From Sphaerodactylus townsendi (lineage: Eukaryota), in the NCBI RefSeq assembly GCF_021028975.2, contig NC_059431.1, positions 28,272,001 through 28,336,000 on the forward strand: a DNA stretch of 64,000 nt. The letters run 5' to 3'. Under the pieces are notes generated by a model, which saw only the letters and a list, made by a program, of their open reading frames with translations, was not told the origin of the DNA and made no database searches. The position numbers were made by a program, and so were the translations under genes. Shown in pieces: positions 24,369 through 38,140 of the stretch (its first letter is position 1; the number at the start of each line of letters is the position of its first letter).

Positions 24369-27300
24369 GCCTACTTGGATTTATAATTATGTTTTGTTGT
24401 TATTCACTTTGATTTATTCTTTACAAAATTTGCTGCAAACAGAAATCTAAAGCATTACGCTGAAATAGCAAGGCTAATATTATCTTCCACCTGTGTCTTT
24501 TAATCTTCCAAGATCAGCAACCCTGGTGAATTCAGAGAGGCAATTTCTGGCATGCAAACTTAGGCAGCTGCTTGGAAATTAAGAAAGGAAAATCAGGAGC
24601 CAAATGTCAGGACATGAAACAATGAACAATAACTTTTGCTCTTTTCACTTTCCATGTTAAATGTCATGGAGTGATAAAACATTAAGTATATTGTATCGTG
24701 GGTTTTATATTTTAATAATTAGTACAAATATGCTGAAATAAATACTATCAATCATTAAAATGGTACTGGATTGCGGTTTGATTCTACAGTTAGCAAATCC
24801 ATTGATTTGTGTTTAGTGTAATAACATATTTCTGACCTCTGTTTATATATCATAATAAAATTGAAACAGATTCCTGAAACCCCTGAACAAAATTGAACTC
24901 CGCTTTTTATAATGATTTCTTCACTCTGAAAAATCTATTTGCAACACTTGAATTATTTAACTGAGTCTTTCATAAAATAAACATTGTTTACTGGTTTTAC
25001 AGGGGAGAATTTTTGTTGGCAAACACTGTGACAGAATTCTAAATGTACACTACTTCTCCAAACATTGTAATGGCCTCAGATGATAGAATTAGCTGATTGG
25101 CCATGCTACCTCTAGATACCTATGTGGAGAGAATGAGCAGTGAGATGAGTTCCCCCTCACCTCCAGTCTGAAGTGGTATATCCCAGATACATTGAATGAC
25201 ACCCATGGAAGAACTAGACCTCCACACAGATTTATACACAGACCTCCACACAGAATGATGTATGTCATTCTTTATTTCCCTTTGCACTACAAGCAGAACA
25301 TCCTGAAACAATCCAGAAGAAACAACCAAACTACAATCACCTCAAAGCTGAGATAAGCATCCTTGAGGCATTCTTCACTATAGGGCTTCTTATTTCTGAG
25401 GAAGTTTCCAGAAAAGCCAGACATCCAAGGAAGCCAATTCACATTTTCCCAGGAATAGAATCTGTTTAAACTATTATTATTTATTTATTCCTCTATACCA
25501 CGTGTTTGTCCCCAGTGTAGAACCAGCCCAGTGTGGAACCAAGCTTACATTGCATTCCTCCATTTTATCATCACAACAACCCAGTGAGGTGGGTTAAGCT
25601 ATGAGTACAAGACCAGCCCCAGATCACCAACAAGCTTCCATAGCAGAGCAGGGAGTTGAACGGTCTTCAAGATTGTTGAACAGTCTTCCAGTTTGACCCT
25701 CTAACCTACTCCCTGGTACTGCCTCCAAAATCCCAGGAATTTCCCAAACCAGAATTAGCAACCCTAACTGAAGCACATGAAGAGAGGAGATGTGAGCCTC
25801 ACCACCACGCACTGCTCTGCACCACTTTCCTGCTCTGAAACAGCTTCTAGGACCTGTTTAGTTGCTCCGCTTGAGCACCTTCTGAGAATTAATGCACCAT
25901 GTTTAGGTTTTCTCATGTGGGCAAATAGCTTCTCCTGGAAGTTTATTACCAGTGCAGGGAAGAAAGCTTAGCCCCATCCTGTCCTGTATGGGTCATTCCT
26001 GATGTCAAACCTACACTTGCCAGGGAACTAGAATTCCCAAATCTAGAATTCCCAGTGGACTTCTGGGTGAATGGAATGGAGTAGACACTTGAGGACGGAC
26101 TTTGTAAGATGCAAGTCAGTAGCAGCAGGAACAGCAGCTAGAGGGGAGAAGGGAAGATAGGGTACACAGATTAATGCAGTGTGGATGCAGTTGAGAAATA
26201 ATGTGTTTGCTTTATACATGCACATAGGGTGGAAGAGAGCAGGAGAGTCCCTTTTTGGGGGGCTCATAAGATTAGATCTTCAGCCAAATAAAGAATAGGG
26301 AAATGTATAAGAAGCCATACCCGTAATTAATTCATAGAAATTAATTATTTCAATGGATGAAGTTATCTTAATCATATTAAAGCCCTGCAGCATAATCTGT
26401 AATGGTTGACTCTGCACGGTTGCCAAATAATGAAATAAAGACAGGAACGGCAATGCTGGGTTTCTTACCCTATTATGAAATATGCATTTCTTTGTTCTGA
26501 AAAGAATGACGATTGTTTATTATGTGGGCAGTGTACAGTTTATTATGCCCTTAGCTCTTGTTTCCGCGTTTTAAGTACTTGGCTCTTTGAAAGTGATGTG
26601 ACACCTAAGTTCAACCTTGTCGCTGAGGAACTTTAACCGGTTTTTGGAACAAAGTAGTGACAGTTTGAGGTTTGCAGAATAGGGGAATGTGGTTAAATGA
26701 CAAGAATTAAGTGGCTATACACAATAGAACAGTGCATATATCTGACCCTTGGTAACGATGAACACAGTATGGGATGGTTGTTCTTTTGGACATATACTTT
26801 CCTGGTAGGTGTTTGCATGTATGAAGATCCAAGAACAGCTACTGGCACCTGCACTCTTCCTGCCTCCAAACTCCCTTTGCCATTGAAGCTAAGTCATGCT
26901 AATTCTGCAGAGCTACTTCTTGTTTCCCCAAGAGACAAAGCTCTAATATAGTAAGGCTAATATTTCCCCTCCTATAACTGATTTTGTTTGGTCTCTTTCA
27001 GATACAGTTTCTGCAAATAAAGTCAATGTAGTCTGTGGAAATTAGTCCAGATTTATTTGTTCAGGATAACAGCTGAGTTCACATAGAACCCTGAGCAACT
27101 GGAGACCTGCACTCTATGAAGGCAAAGATGTCTCTGACATCTCTCAAGGGCAATTCTTATGCGGCTTTTGTATTCTCACATGTCAGTCTTGGGTTCAGAA
27201 AGGAAACAGACTGTCATGACATCCATCATCTCCAACAGTTGCCACCAATGCCCTTTTGCGACTAGCATCATCCAGGTAGGGCAATCCCTATGAAAGAGAC

Positions 27301-29115
27301 TAGGTGAGGAGAGCTCAGACACCAAGATAGAAGTGTCCCAATGAGCCACCTGTTCTGACCCCATTAAATCTCTGGACTGTTGATACTGTTGATACTGACA
27401 TGCTAAATCTGATTAAAAAATATGTCCCTGCAGAAGACCCACCCCATCCCTGATTCACGGTGCCTGCAGGAATCCCCTACTTAATTCAGTGATGATACAG
27501 CTTTGAGCATCCCTTCACTGAAATGTCCGGAAGCTCCATACATTCAGCCGTACTCTCATGCCCGTGTCAGATTCCTGGATCAAGGGCACGAGAACTAAAC
27601 TGTATATCACATGCAAACACAACTTGCAATGAAATGCAGCTTCAGGAGGGGATGAGGCTGAGAACATTTTCCTGAAAGTAAGTCCTAACTGGATGAAAAA
27701 TTATGGGAACCCCATAGGGTTTTCAAGGGAAGAGGTGAACAGAGGTGGTTTGCTGTTGCATGCCTCTGTGTAGCAAACCTGGACTTCCTTGGTAGTATCC
27801 CATCCAAGTATTAACCAGGGTTGACCCTACTTAGCTTCTGAGATCTGGCTAGATCAGACTAGGTTTGACCATAAGCCCTAATTTAGTCAATACAGCTGAC
27901 TAAAACTGGATTCACTTCCAAGTGTACCTGCTTAGGATTGCTCCCTAAGAATGCAGAAGTGTCAGGGATGTGAATACTTAATCGTGTCTCCATCTGCTAC
28001 TTTTCTAGACTGTGACCTTGTGATCTTTCTCTGGACCTCAGCTGCTTCTATGCTGTAAATAACCCTGTCTCCAAACCGCTTTACACTACAAGAAGGAACC
28101 ACCTAGACTTAAATGCACACTTTTGTGGACAAAATATAATGTGGCTCTTAATGTCAATTGCAATTACTCTTCTTGCTACTGCCAACAAACAGCACAATTT
28201 TGGAAGTCTACATGTAAATCTATCGGCACTAGGTGGTGCTGATTCTTTGTATTTAATGTAGAGCACAATACAAGCACTAAAGGGAAACTCTTCACGAGAA
28301 CCGATTGCAAATACTGATTCACCCTTTTCATTTCTTGCTGCAACAGTTTGCAGTACAAGATGCATGGAACATCCATTGCAGTCCCTGAAAACAAATGCAA
28401 ACGCATATGTGGGAATGTGTTAAGATGGCATGGTCATTAACACTGCATGTTGTGATACGCTAAATCAGATATAGTTAATTCCTTCCACAACAAAATGCAA
28501 GTCAGCAAAATAGAAATGCATTTTAGTGTAGCAGGAGTTTGTGCTGAGCATAGAAAAGCACTTCTTGAGGGGCAGGTGGCTTCATCATACCTGGGAAAAA
28601 GGGGTTTCAAGTCTTAGAGAAAATGGAACCCCCCTGCATTCCATTCTGGGCTCCATGGCCCAACTCAATCATTTCTGAAACATAATTTTTTGAAGCCAAC
28701 AAGCATAATTGTGGAGGCACAACAGCTTCAAACCCTTGTAATTCCTCTGTACAGAGTCCTCTTGTCTTCCAGCCAACTGTGATGCCACGGGCAGCTCTAT
28801 CTGTTGCTCCGCACCAATTCCCATCAGTTCGGGGTATGGTATCAGACAGCCATAGCTGGTGTTCACTGAACAAACACCTGAACAAACACTCACAAAGCCC
28901 TATCACATATGTCTTTTGTTGCCTCTCCACATCTGCACAGCCAGCGACTGAGACCAAGGCAAATTCCAGAGGTGCAGATGGCATCATTGAAGAATATTTC
29001 TGCTCCCACAATGGATGAAAGGTGTACCTGCATAGCTTAGGCCAGAAAAATGTTGTCAACTCACCCAGGCCATCTGCTTTCTAAACACAGAGAAAACATG
29101 TCTTTTTACCTAGAC

Positions 29116-29453
29116 CAGTGGTGGCGAACCTATGGCACGCGTGCCAGAGGTGGCACTCAGAGCCCTCTTTGTGGGCACGTGCGCCATTGCCCCAGTTTGC
29201 GCACTCGGTAGTGGCATAGCACCAAGTTGACAAGGGGTGCACAATGCACTGGGCACGTGCCCCCACGGGGGCATGGTGAGGGCATTCCGGGGGTGTGGCG
29301 GGGGTGTTTTGGAGTGTTCCAGGGGTGTTCCAGGGTCATCCTAGGACCTGGGAGACAGGGCATGGCAGGGTCACAGGGAGCACATGTGCCCTGAACGCAG
29401 TTTCCCCTTGCTCTGCCCCTAGCACTCGGTCTCCAAAAGGTTCGCCATCACTG
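29116..29453 (+). mobile_element. hAT non-autonomous element
   Basis: TIR CAGTGGTGGCGAACCT / AGGTTCGCCATCACTG; 8-bp TSD ACCTAGAC. Confidence 0.9.
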
Positions 29454-30764
29454 ACCTAGACTATAGCTACCTGCGAATTGTATCATATGAACATTTATAC
29501 AGATTTAATCTATTAATTTCTTACAGTGCAATTCTTAAACAGGGCTGTTACATTCCAATTGCATGAAAGTCAGTGGGTTTAGAAGTGTTAATTTAGAAAA
29601 AGTTAATGTGTTAACGCTCCCACATATAATTTACTAAGACTTCTTTAACTGGGTTGCTTTCCAATTTTAAGCTTTTTAAATCTTGTGCAAGTAAATTTAT
29701 AAATTATCAAGAGGATTTCACCAGAACTGATCCAGGCTGCAAATCAAACAAGATGGCCTTTTTCACTCAGTCAGAATGAATATCTTCTGTGACTCAGGTT
29801 CAGGATTACAGGTACGCTGGGCAGTCACAGTTCATCACCCATCTTGCCTCTTTCAAAATGTATAGAGAGACATGACCATTTTTTCACATCCCAGATCCTC
29901 TCTCACACTCCAGAGACACCACAGATGGGGTAGCCCAGTCTCTTTTAATAATCACCCCTCACCCAGACATCGCAAAGAGCTATTGAGGTTGAGGATCAAA
30001 CACCGCTTCGTTCACATACTGTCACCATTCAGTCGTATCCTAATATATATTTATATGCAGGCAGAGATATTAGCTTGTGTGGGTGCCTCATGTGCTACAT
30101 CAATATCCAGTCCACAGGGTTAAACAGACAAGGAATTAATTTTTACTTACAATGAACATAACATTGGAGAAAATCAGGTGGAGGTTACAAAGCTGAACTA
30201 TTTCCCTATTGATGCTCTTGGGTTTCAGTACTATTTGACCTTTTTCCAGTCAGTCTTAAGCGGCTCTGCCATCGCTTCGCTCATCCAGATTTCAACTGTC
30301 TGCCCTACCAGCATTCTCCTTTGGCCACTCTTGGGGAGAGGAAGAACCCAACCGGTCTGTCACACCAAGATGCTAAAAGGTACCATAGTCGCTTGTGCAT
30401 TCTTCCCTCGTGCAATGCTAGTACATATTTTGACTACTAGTGTTTTGTTTCAATTGTTGTTTTTGTTTTGTAATTTGGTGCTTATTTTGTAGGTCACTTT
30501 GAGACCCTTTAGGGGAGAAACATTGCCTAAAAAAATGGCTAAAAGAAAGAAAGAAAAGAAATTACTGAACACATTGGCATATTAGCACAGTATTTGCCAT
30601 CAAGCATCTGACCTAGGTTTATAGCCTAAGTGGCTAGCAGCCGAGACAAGCAGCACCAAGACTGGGATTTAGTTCTGCACGTGCTCCATTGTGCTTTTAA
30701 GGAAACATCTCTCTTAAGTATATATGTTACTTTAAGTTGGTACATATAAGCACAAGCAGACTTT

Positions 30765-30915
30765 GGTTCCTTCCGCACATGCAGAATATTGCACTTTCAA
30801 TACACTTTCACAATTGTTTGCAAGTGACTTTTGCTATTCCGCACAGTAAAATCCAGTTGCAAAGTGCATTGAAAGTTGATTGAAAGTGCATTATTCTGCA
30901 TGTGCAGAAGGGGCC
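30765..30915. mobile_element. Palindromic MITE, same family
   Basis: TIRs with TTT target duplication. Confidence 0.8.
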
Positions 30916-31404
30916 TTTGTCCCTCACTTTTTCAGATTTTTGTCATCTTTTTGAGAAACATAGAATCAGTTAATTGGCCTTCTCTTCATCTGACATATGC
31001 ATCTGATGAATTAACTGAAAGGGAATTTAATAGGACAAGGAATACTTTGGAAAAGGACAGCATGCGTATCAGTTGTCACTCTATGCCATGTAAATGGGAA
31101 TTTTATTTGTTCAAAGTTTTGATAAAAGTAAAGCAGTGGAAAAGTAATAGAACAAGTTGCTTTGGTATTTGTACAACCAAATTACTATTACCTAGAGGAT
31201 GGATTTCAATGGATTTCAATACATGCTACAACAATTGCTTTGGCCAAGAGGGAAATTGTCCAATGGCATCCAGCAAGCTTCTTAGACAAGGGTCAGGATT
31301 CCCACTTGGATTCTCCCAGGTCCTAGGATGACCCAGGCGTAGGGGGGCGCCTAGAGAACAGATGTCTCCATGCGCCATTTCCCCCAGTATGCCTCTGCTG
31401 CTTC

Positions 31405-31544
31405 NNNNNNNNNNNNNNNNNNNNNNNNNNNNNNNNNNNNNNNNNNNNNNNNNNNNNNNNNNNNNNNNNNNNNNNNNNNNNNNNNNNNNNNNNNNNNNNN
31501 NNNNNNNNNNNNNNNNNNNNNNNNNNNNNNNNNNNNNNNNNNNN
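31405..31544. other. Assembly gap (140 N)
   Basis: Run of N. Confidence 1.
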
Positions 31545-34500
31545 GCTTCACCACTATGTGATCTTGGAATTTTTCTGTGGACCAACTATCATTGCTTTGG
31601 GAAATGCATGGAGTTGCATGCACCCTGTTCACCAAGCTGGAGACATGCAATAGTTTTCAAGAAAGTTGCCAGAGCCAAGGCATTGTTTTCTGTTTTCATC
31701 CTAGCCTTTGTCCATGACTACTGTTCTAGATTCTGGAAACATTAATCATTCTCAATGGAGAATTAATTAAGTGCAAATTTATGGTTGCATCCAAGCCAAT
31801 TAGGCCATAACATAATAAGGAATCTTGGCCAAGTTTAACTGATTTCCCCCACTCAGACTAATTTTATACCGTGCTTAGCAAATAACGCAAATGAAAAGAT
31901 ATGATTGAGACATGAATGACTTCCATGGTCATTGGAGAGCCAAATGTACTTTCCATTGTTCAGCCTGTGTTTTGCGAATGGCAGTGATGCATGCCCATTG
32001 TTCCCAAATGGAGCTTTTTAGTGTTATAGCCGGAATACTTAACATCGAATATTGAGTGTTCTGTTCCTTATACTTGAATCCCCTTTGTGTCTCATGCCAA
32101 TGGGAGTGTGCTGTTCTTCACTAAGTCTGTCAATATGCAAACAGAAACTTGTACTGCAGTTAACAAATTTGGGTCTTTTATGGCAAGCTTACCTCACCTA
32201 TTTCTTTTTATAGCGTTCCAAGTTTCGACTTCTTATGGATTTGACTTTTTCCGTGTTGCTTTATTAATTTGCTGCAAAATAAATGTGTTTAAATGCTACG
32301 TGGTGATATTATTTTTAATAGTTCTAACAGTTAGCCATGAATATTCACCAGCCAATAAATTAATATAAATAAATACATTACAGCAACCAGTTTTTGCAGG
32401 GAGCAGGGGCTGATTACAACCACGTAATTCCAATGTATTTTTGCTGTACTATTATTCTATTGTGCTGTTTTGGAGAGATGTTCTTCCACATTAAATTGCA
32501 GCAATCCGTGCACTCAAAAATATTAATTGCAGTTTTCCCAGTCAGTTGACCATGCCTCTGTGTATTGACCAGGCAGCCATCAGAAACATCATATCTACCA
32601 TCTTCCAGAATGTGTAACATTATACATCCATGACATGGATGGTCTAAAGGCAAAATCATGCCCAGGAATAGTACACTTATTACAGCACAATTCAGAGGGG
32701 AGACCGTTGCAGTCAGATAGGGATGGCACAGCAACAGTGCAGCTGAGCCACCTCCTAAGCAGTTTATTGTGCAGTGACAAGCTCCAAGACAGCAGAGCAA
32801 AAAGTCAGTCTGCAGACCTGGAATGGTGGCATAGAGAGGGGGGGATGGACAGGATGGCAGCCATCAGAGAGATGGTGGGAGAGCCAATGAAGCCAGCCCA
32901 GGGGAGAGGCAAGAGTAGGCTGAGGAGTTCCCAGCCGTCATCCAAGCCCCATGCCCTGAAAGGATGAGCAGAAGGCTGAGGAACAGTCCAAAACCTAAGG
33001 AAGGGGGAACCAAGTCCCCAGAGAGAGGCACCCGTATCCCCTTGATAGCTAACCCTCCCTGTGGAGGGTCCTTTCCCACTGCACATCAATCAGTGATTTC
33101 AGAAAGGAGTGGCATTGACACAGGGAGCACCCCCCCCTCGGGGAAAAGTTCTGCCAGGCACTCATAGGCAGCCCCCCTCCCCACCCACACCAATGACAAA
33201 TTCCCACCCACCTCCCTGATGGTGTGGGCACACCCACAACAGGGCAATGCGGACAGTTCCAGCATTCACATGTGAAGGAGTTCCTGAATAAAGAGAAAAG
33301 GCAGCAGCACTTCCTGTGGTTTGAACTTCTGCTTCCCATGAGAGTATTTCAGAGGTCACCAGGTGCCAGTGCAATGCACCAATCATGCACACTGCAAAAA
33401 TACTACCCGGGTTGCAAATCTGATCAGATGGCAGTTCCTTCAACCATGTAGGTCCAGGGTGGATCCTCCAAGCTTGGATGACACCAAGCTCCAATATGGG
33501 ATTGGATAGAGTAGACCAAGCACGCCCTGAGCCCCTGATCTGTGTTCATGTTAAGTCCCATGTTCCTCCATTCTTGTTTTTAGTAAATTGGTTGCGATGC
33601 TACTGATGCTGCCATTTTTAGCTTTGTAACGGTTAGAGATTTTAGTCACCACCTGTGTTTTAAAGTATTATTTATTATATGATTGTTGTTTTATATGTTG
33701 GAAGCTGCCCTGGCTGCATGAGGGGAAGGGTGGCATACAAATTAAATAAGGAAATAAATAGTGGTAGTGGTAGAGACAGGCAGACAGACAGATCCCCCTA
33801 GAGCTGCAAACAGTATAAAAGCAAGGAAGAGGTAATTAGTGTAAAGAGGGGCAGAAGGTCCAATTTCCCATGGTATATAGGTGCACTGCCTTAGATTTTC
33901 CTAATCAGCAGATAGGAAGAATCTAAATAGCGTACACGAACTTGAGAAAAGAGGTAATTTCTATAGTGAGCTACAGAAATTTCTATAATGATCCTTAGTC
34001 CATATTGGGTTTGATAGTAATAGCATCAAGTTGGCACATCAAACCAATTCAGAAGCAATTCCAGATCGACTGCTAAATTGAATTTGATTTGCAGATTTGA
34101 TACTAATAGACTTGGATTAAATATGAACTGGAGTGAAGTTAAGTAAGCTCGGCATCATTTGTCTATGTATTATTAAATACCTGTTGATTAATTACACATA
34201 AGCAATACACTATGAAGTCTGACTGATAACACTGCAGTGTGATTTTTAAAAATCTACAAAATGATCAATTTAGAAAAGGGGGGAAAGTCAGAGGGCAATG
34301 TGACTTATTATAGATTAACAGGATTAACATTAATCTTTCACCTTTGAAGGGGAGTGTTTCTTTTAATTGTGTGCTCTTGATATTAGTCAATTATTCATGT
34401 GCGCCCAGGTGATATCAACTTAACAATGCCCTGTCCCTATTCAAGAGCTACCTGCACCTTGCAGGAAGCAAGGCCAATGAAAATATCTTTCTTATTTGTT

Positions 34501-34892
34501 CACTTGGCTGGAGGAAAGGAAATAACTGGAAGAAATGCAATAGTAGAGCTTTAACACAATACAATAAATTAGCCATGACATTAAACATTCTTAAATCAAT
34601 AAAATTATATTCCACTGTTGCGAAAACACACCTTTGCAAGTCTTAAGAATCCAGCAAGGTTTAGTGTGGAGAAGAAAGCCCGGATTCAAGTGGTTTTAGT
34701 ACAGTGCTGTTCATCTGTTGTTGCATCTTTGTATTTTTCCTCAGTTGTATCATCTGTTAGAATGGAGGGTGTCCTAGGATTATCACTGTAATTCTATAGC
34801 CTGGTCTAACTCTGCTGGAAGACAAATGCGTCTTTCAATGGTGCGTATGTGCATTGGGTGGGGGGGGGGGGAGGACGGGACTGTCCCTAGAG

Positions 34893-35248
34893 CAGTGATG
34901 GCAAACCTTTTCGAGATTGAGTTCCCAAATTGCAACCCAAAACCCACTTATTTATCGCAAAGTGCCAACATGGCAATTTAACCTGAATACTGAGGTTTCA
35001 GTTTGGAAAAAACGGTTTGCTCCGAAGTGCGCGTTACTCGGGAGTAAGCTTGGTGAAGCAACCGTGCAACGCTTCGAATGGGTAAATCACGACCCTAGGA
35101 AGGTTTACTCAGAAGCAAGGCCAGCCTAGATGTGTGTGAGGGTGGGGATTTTCTGTTCACCCCACATAACGAACTCTGTGCACGCGTGCCCACAGAGAGG
35201 GCTCTGAGTGCCAGCTCTGGCATGCGTGCCATAGGTTCGCCACCACTG
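34893..35248 (-). mobile_element. hAT non-autonomous element
   Basis: Same TIRs; 8-bp TSD CCCTAGAG. Confidence 0.9.
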
Positions 35249-35754
35249 CCCTAGAGTCTTTTCCAATTATTAAAAAAAAACTTGGACACAATGCACATAC
35301 ATTGTATGGAAGAATCAGCATATGGCTTAATGGAATCCTTTTCCTACCCTCTTCTCAACCCCATGTTGGTCGTCATGCACGCACACAACACTTCAAACCA
35401 GCCACAGCAGGCAATATGGCTGAAGGCTATGTGGTTGCAATGTTTCTCCCCAGGGTCCTTTCCTAGTCTGTGTATGGCAACCCCCACATGTCTCATATTA
35501 ATGGGGGGGGGGGCCTAAAAACAGATTGAATCTTACATAGAATAGTAACGGGATGTGGGATGGCTGCTACATCAGGATCTATTGGAGTAGGATCATTATA
35601 GTGTAATCCTAAACAGCACTATACCTTTTCAGATCTGCTGTTGTCTTTAAAGAGGAAAAATGTTTTTTGGGATGGGACTGTAGTTTCATCTTTTGCTTAG
35701 AAATTCTTTATTATACCATCATTCATTCATTCCTCTTACCTTGATAGCTTACAG

Positions 35755-36261
35755 CAGTGATAGCTAACCTTTTCGAGACGAAGTGCCCAAATTACAACCC
35801 AAAACCCACTTATTTATCGCAAAGTGCCAACACGGCAATTTAACCTGAACACTGAGGTTTTAGCTTAAAAAAAATGGTTGGCTCCAAGGCGTGCGTTACT
35901 CAGGAGTAAGCTTGGTGGTAGTCAGTGGCTTTGATTTGAAGCAACCGTGCAACATGGGTGAATCACGACCCTAGGAAGGTTTACTCAGAAGCAAGCCCCA
36001 TTGCCAGCAACCGAGCTTACTCCCAGGTAAAGGATCGCACTTTAGTTCTTCGCGTGAAAATCAGTGGGGTTTAACAGCGCTTAACAGGGTTACCTACACT
36101 GCTTCCCCAAAACTAAGTCTTAGGTTTAATGCTAATAATCGAGCCAGAGGCCCAGGCCAGCCTAGATGTGTGGGGGGGGGGGGGCACTCTGTTTGCACGT
36201 GCCCACAGAGAGGGCTCTGAGTGCCATCTCTGGCACCCATGCCATAGGTTTGCCACCACTG
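35755..36261 (-). mobile_element. hAT non-autonomous element (longer copy)
   Basis: Same family; TSD GCTTACAG/GCCTACAG. Confidence 0.88.
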
Positions 36262-37209
36262 GCCTACAGGCATATTTCTTGTTTGTTGTTTGACCTGAAA
36301 GGAAAATAAATAGATTCTCACTTTGCTTCCTTTTTCCAATGATATGATCTTTCCTCATCTTCATGAGAAGACCTAGTCCAGAGATTTATCACAATGACTT
36401 AATTACATATTTGAATAAATGATTAGGGACTGTGGACTATACTCCTGTATATCTTATAGTAAGCAAGATCCCATTTATGCAGTTTCTGTACTGTTTCAGT
36501 TTCTGTACACTTTAATGTACAGTCATGTGAATACAAATGCTATAATTCAGTACAATACAGTCATGAATACAGATGCTAAGCTTCAGTTCTTTCTGGTGGT
36601 TCCAGACTTCTAAAATCCTCATGCATTGGTTATAGAATGTCCTGATTTGTCAATTGTTCTGAATCGCCACTTGCAATCTGCCTTGAGAAAGTTGCACTAC
36701 AAACAAAATTAATAGAATTAATACATTAATAGGATTAGAAGTGAATCAGGCTTTCCCTTTTGCATTAGGACATGTGAACTGCCTCCCACTTGTTTCTGGG
36801 TCCTCTCCCACAGGGGGTCTGCTGAATCTATCCAGGCATGACTGCCATTGAATTAAATATTCAAACTAATGATTAAACTGAAAATGTAGGGAAAATTTGA
36901 GCTCCTAAGAATCCAGTAGAATGTCTACTAATGTCCCAGACATTCCAACAGTAGCTTTATTGAGTAAATTCAAGCAGGGCTTTCCCAGGTACTTTGATTT
37001 TGTCTGCATTTGTTATACATTTGTAGCACATCACCCAACCATCTTCCCTTGAAGTTGCATGTGTCTTACTACAAGAATATCGGTGGGCAACTTCACTGCA
37101 GAAGCACAGGGGGGAGAGAATAAGTCTTTTTACAGGAGCATTCCAGACCAACTATCCCATGGATCTTCCCTCAAGGGTTTCATCAGGCATCAGCATTTCT
37201 GCAGAAGAA

Positions 37210-37498
37210 NNNNNNNNNNNNNNNNNNNNNNNNNNNNNNNNNNNNNNNNNNNNNNNNNNNNNNNNNNNNNNNNNNNNNNNNNNNNNNNNNNNNNNNNNNN
37301 NNNNNNNNNNNNNNNNNNNNNNNNNNNNNNNNNNNNNNNNNNNNNNNNNNNNNNNNNNNNNNNNNNNNNNNNNNNNNNNNNNNNNNNNNNNNNNNNNNNN
37401 NNNNNNNNNNNNNNNNNNNNNNNNNNNNNNNNNNNNNNNNNNNNNNNNNNNNNNNNNNNNNNNNNNNNNNNNNNNNNNNNNNNNNNNNNNNNNNNNNN
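37210..37498. other. Assembly gap (289 N)
   Basis: Run of N. Confidence 1.
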
Positions 37499-38140
37499 TA
37501 TTGGGCACAAGTGCTCTCCAGCATTTCCAGTCTTGAGCGAGTGTTTCAGCCTCTTCCCATGCAATAGTGAATGCATTCAGGTCTTGCTCAAATCAGTCGT
37601 CCACTTTGGTATAGGGCAGGGGTGGCCAACCTATGGCACTCCAGATGTTCATGGACTACAATTCCCATCAGCCCCTGCCAGCATGGCCAATATAGCGTCC
37701 ATGTTCCAATTCTTTTAAAGTTTTTGGCAGAGGAGATTGTTTCTGACATCAGGTACCAGACACCCGTGCTCATGGACTGCAAGCACATGGCCAGTACAAA
37801 GGCTGGCCCCATCCTTTATAGGTTCAGGCAAGCCTCTTCCATGATGACGTTGCGGGGCAAGCACCACGATGCCCGTTTGCCCTGCCATGGCACCCTTACC
37901 AGGGCTGAAGCTGGGAACTCCTCCCTGCCCATCCTGAGCAGCAACTGCGGCCACACCAATTCACAACCGCTCTTTCTGTCAAATTCTTCATCCCATATGA
38001 GGCTTAGCTTTTCTAAAATCCCCACCGTTAAGACCAAGGCCAGGGCACAACTGGGTCTGAAAGTCATTCTGGCTCCTGCTATAACAAAGCCCAACTTCTC
38101 ACAGCACATCAAGGCGAGACATTCTCATTTGTCCCACTGA
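37499..38140 (-). mobile_element. Internally deleted RTE-type LINE with nested MITE fragment
   Basis: Endonuclease start RIGTW(..)TL/YQSGRL close to the ORF end WEEAETLAQD.KCWRAL; hAT-like piece at about 37617-37690 inserted. Confidence 0.65.

Noticed and set aside
32630-33600. Possible LTR remnant (also 11930-12350)
   Set aside because: Composition is suggestive but I could not define termini or a target duplication
37059-37718. ORFs of 113-219 aa (and those at 31226-31745)
   Set aside because: They run through N gaps
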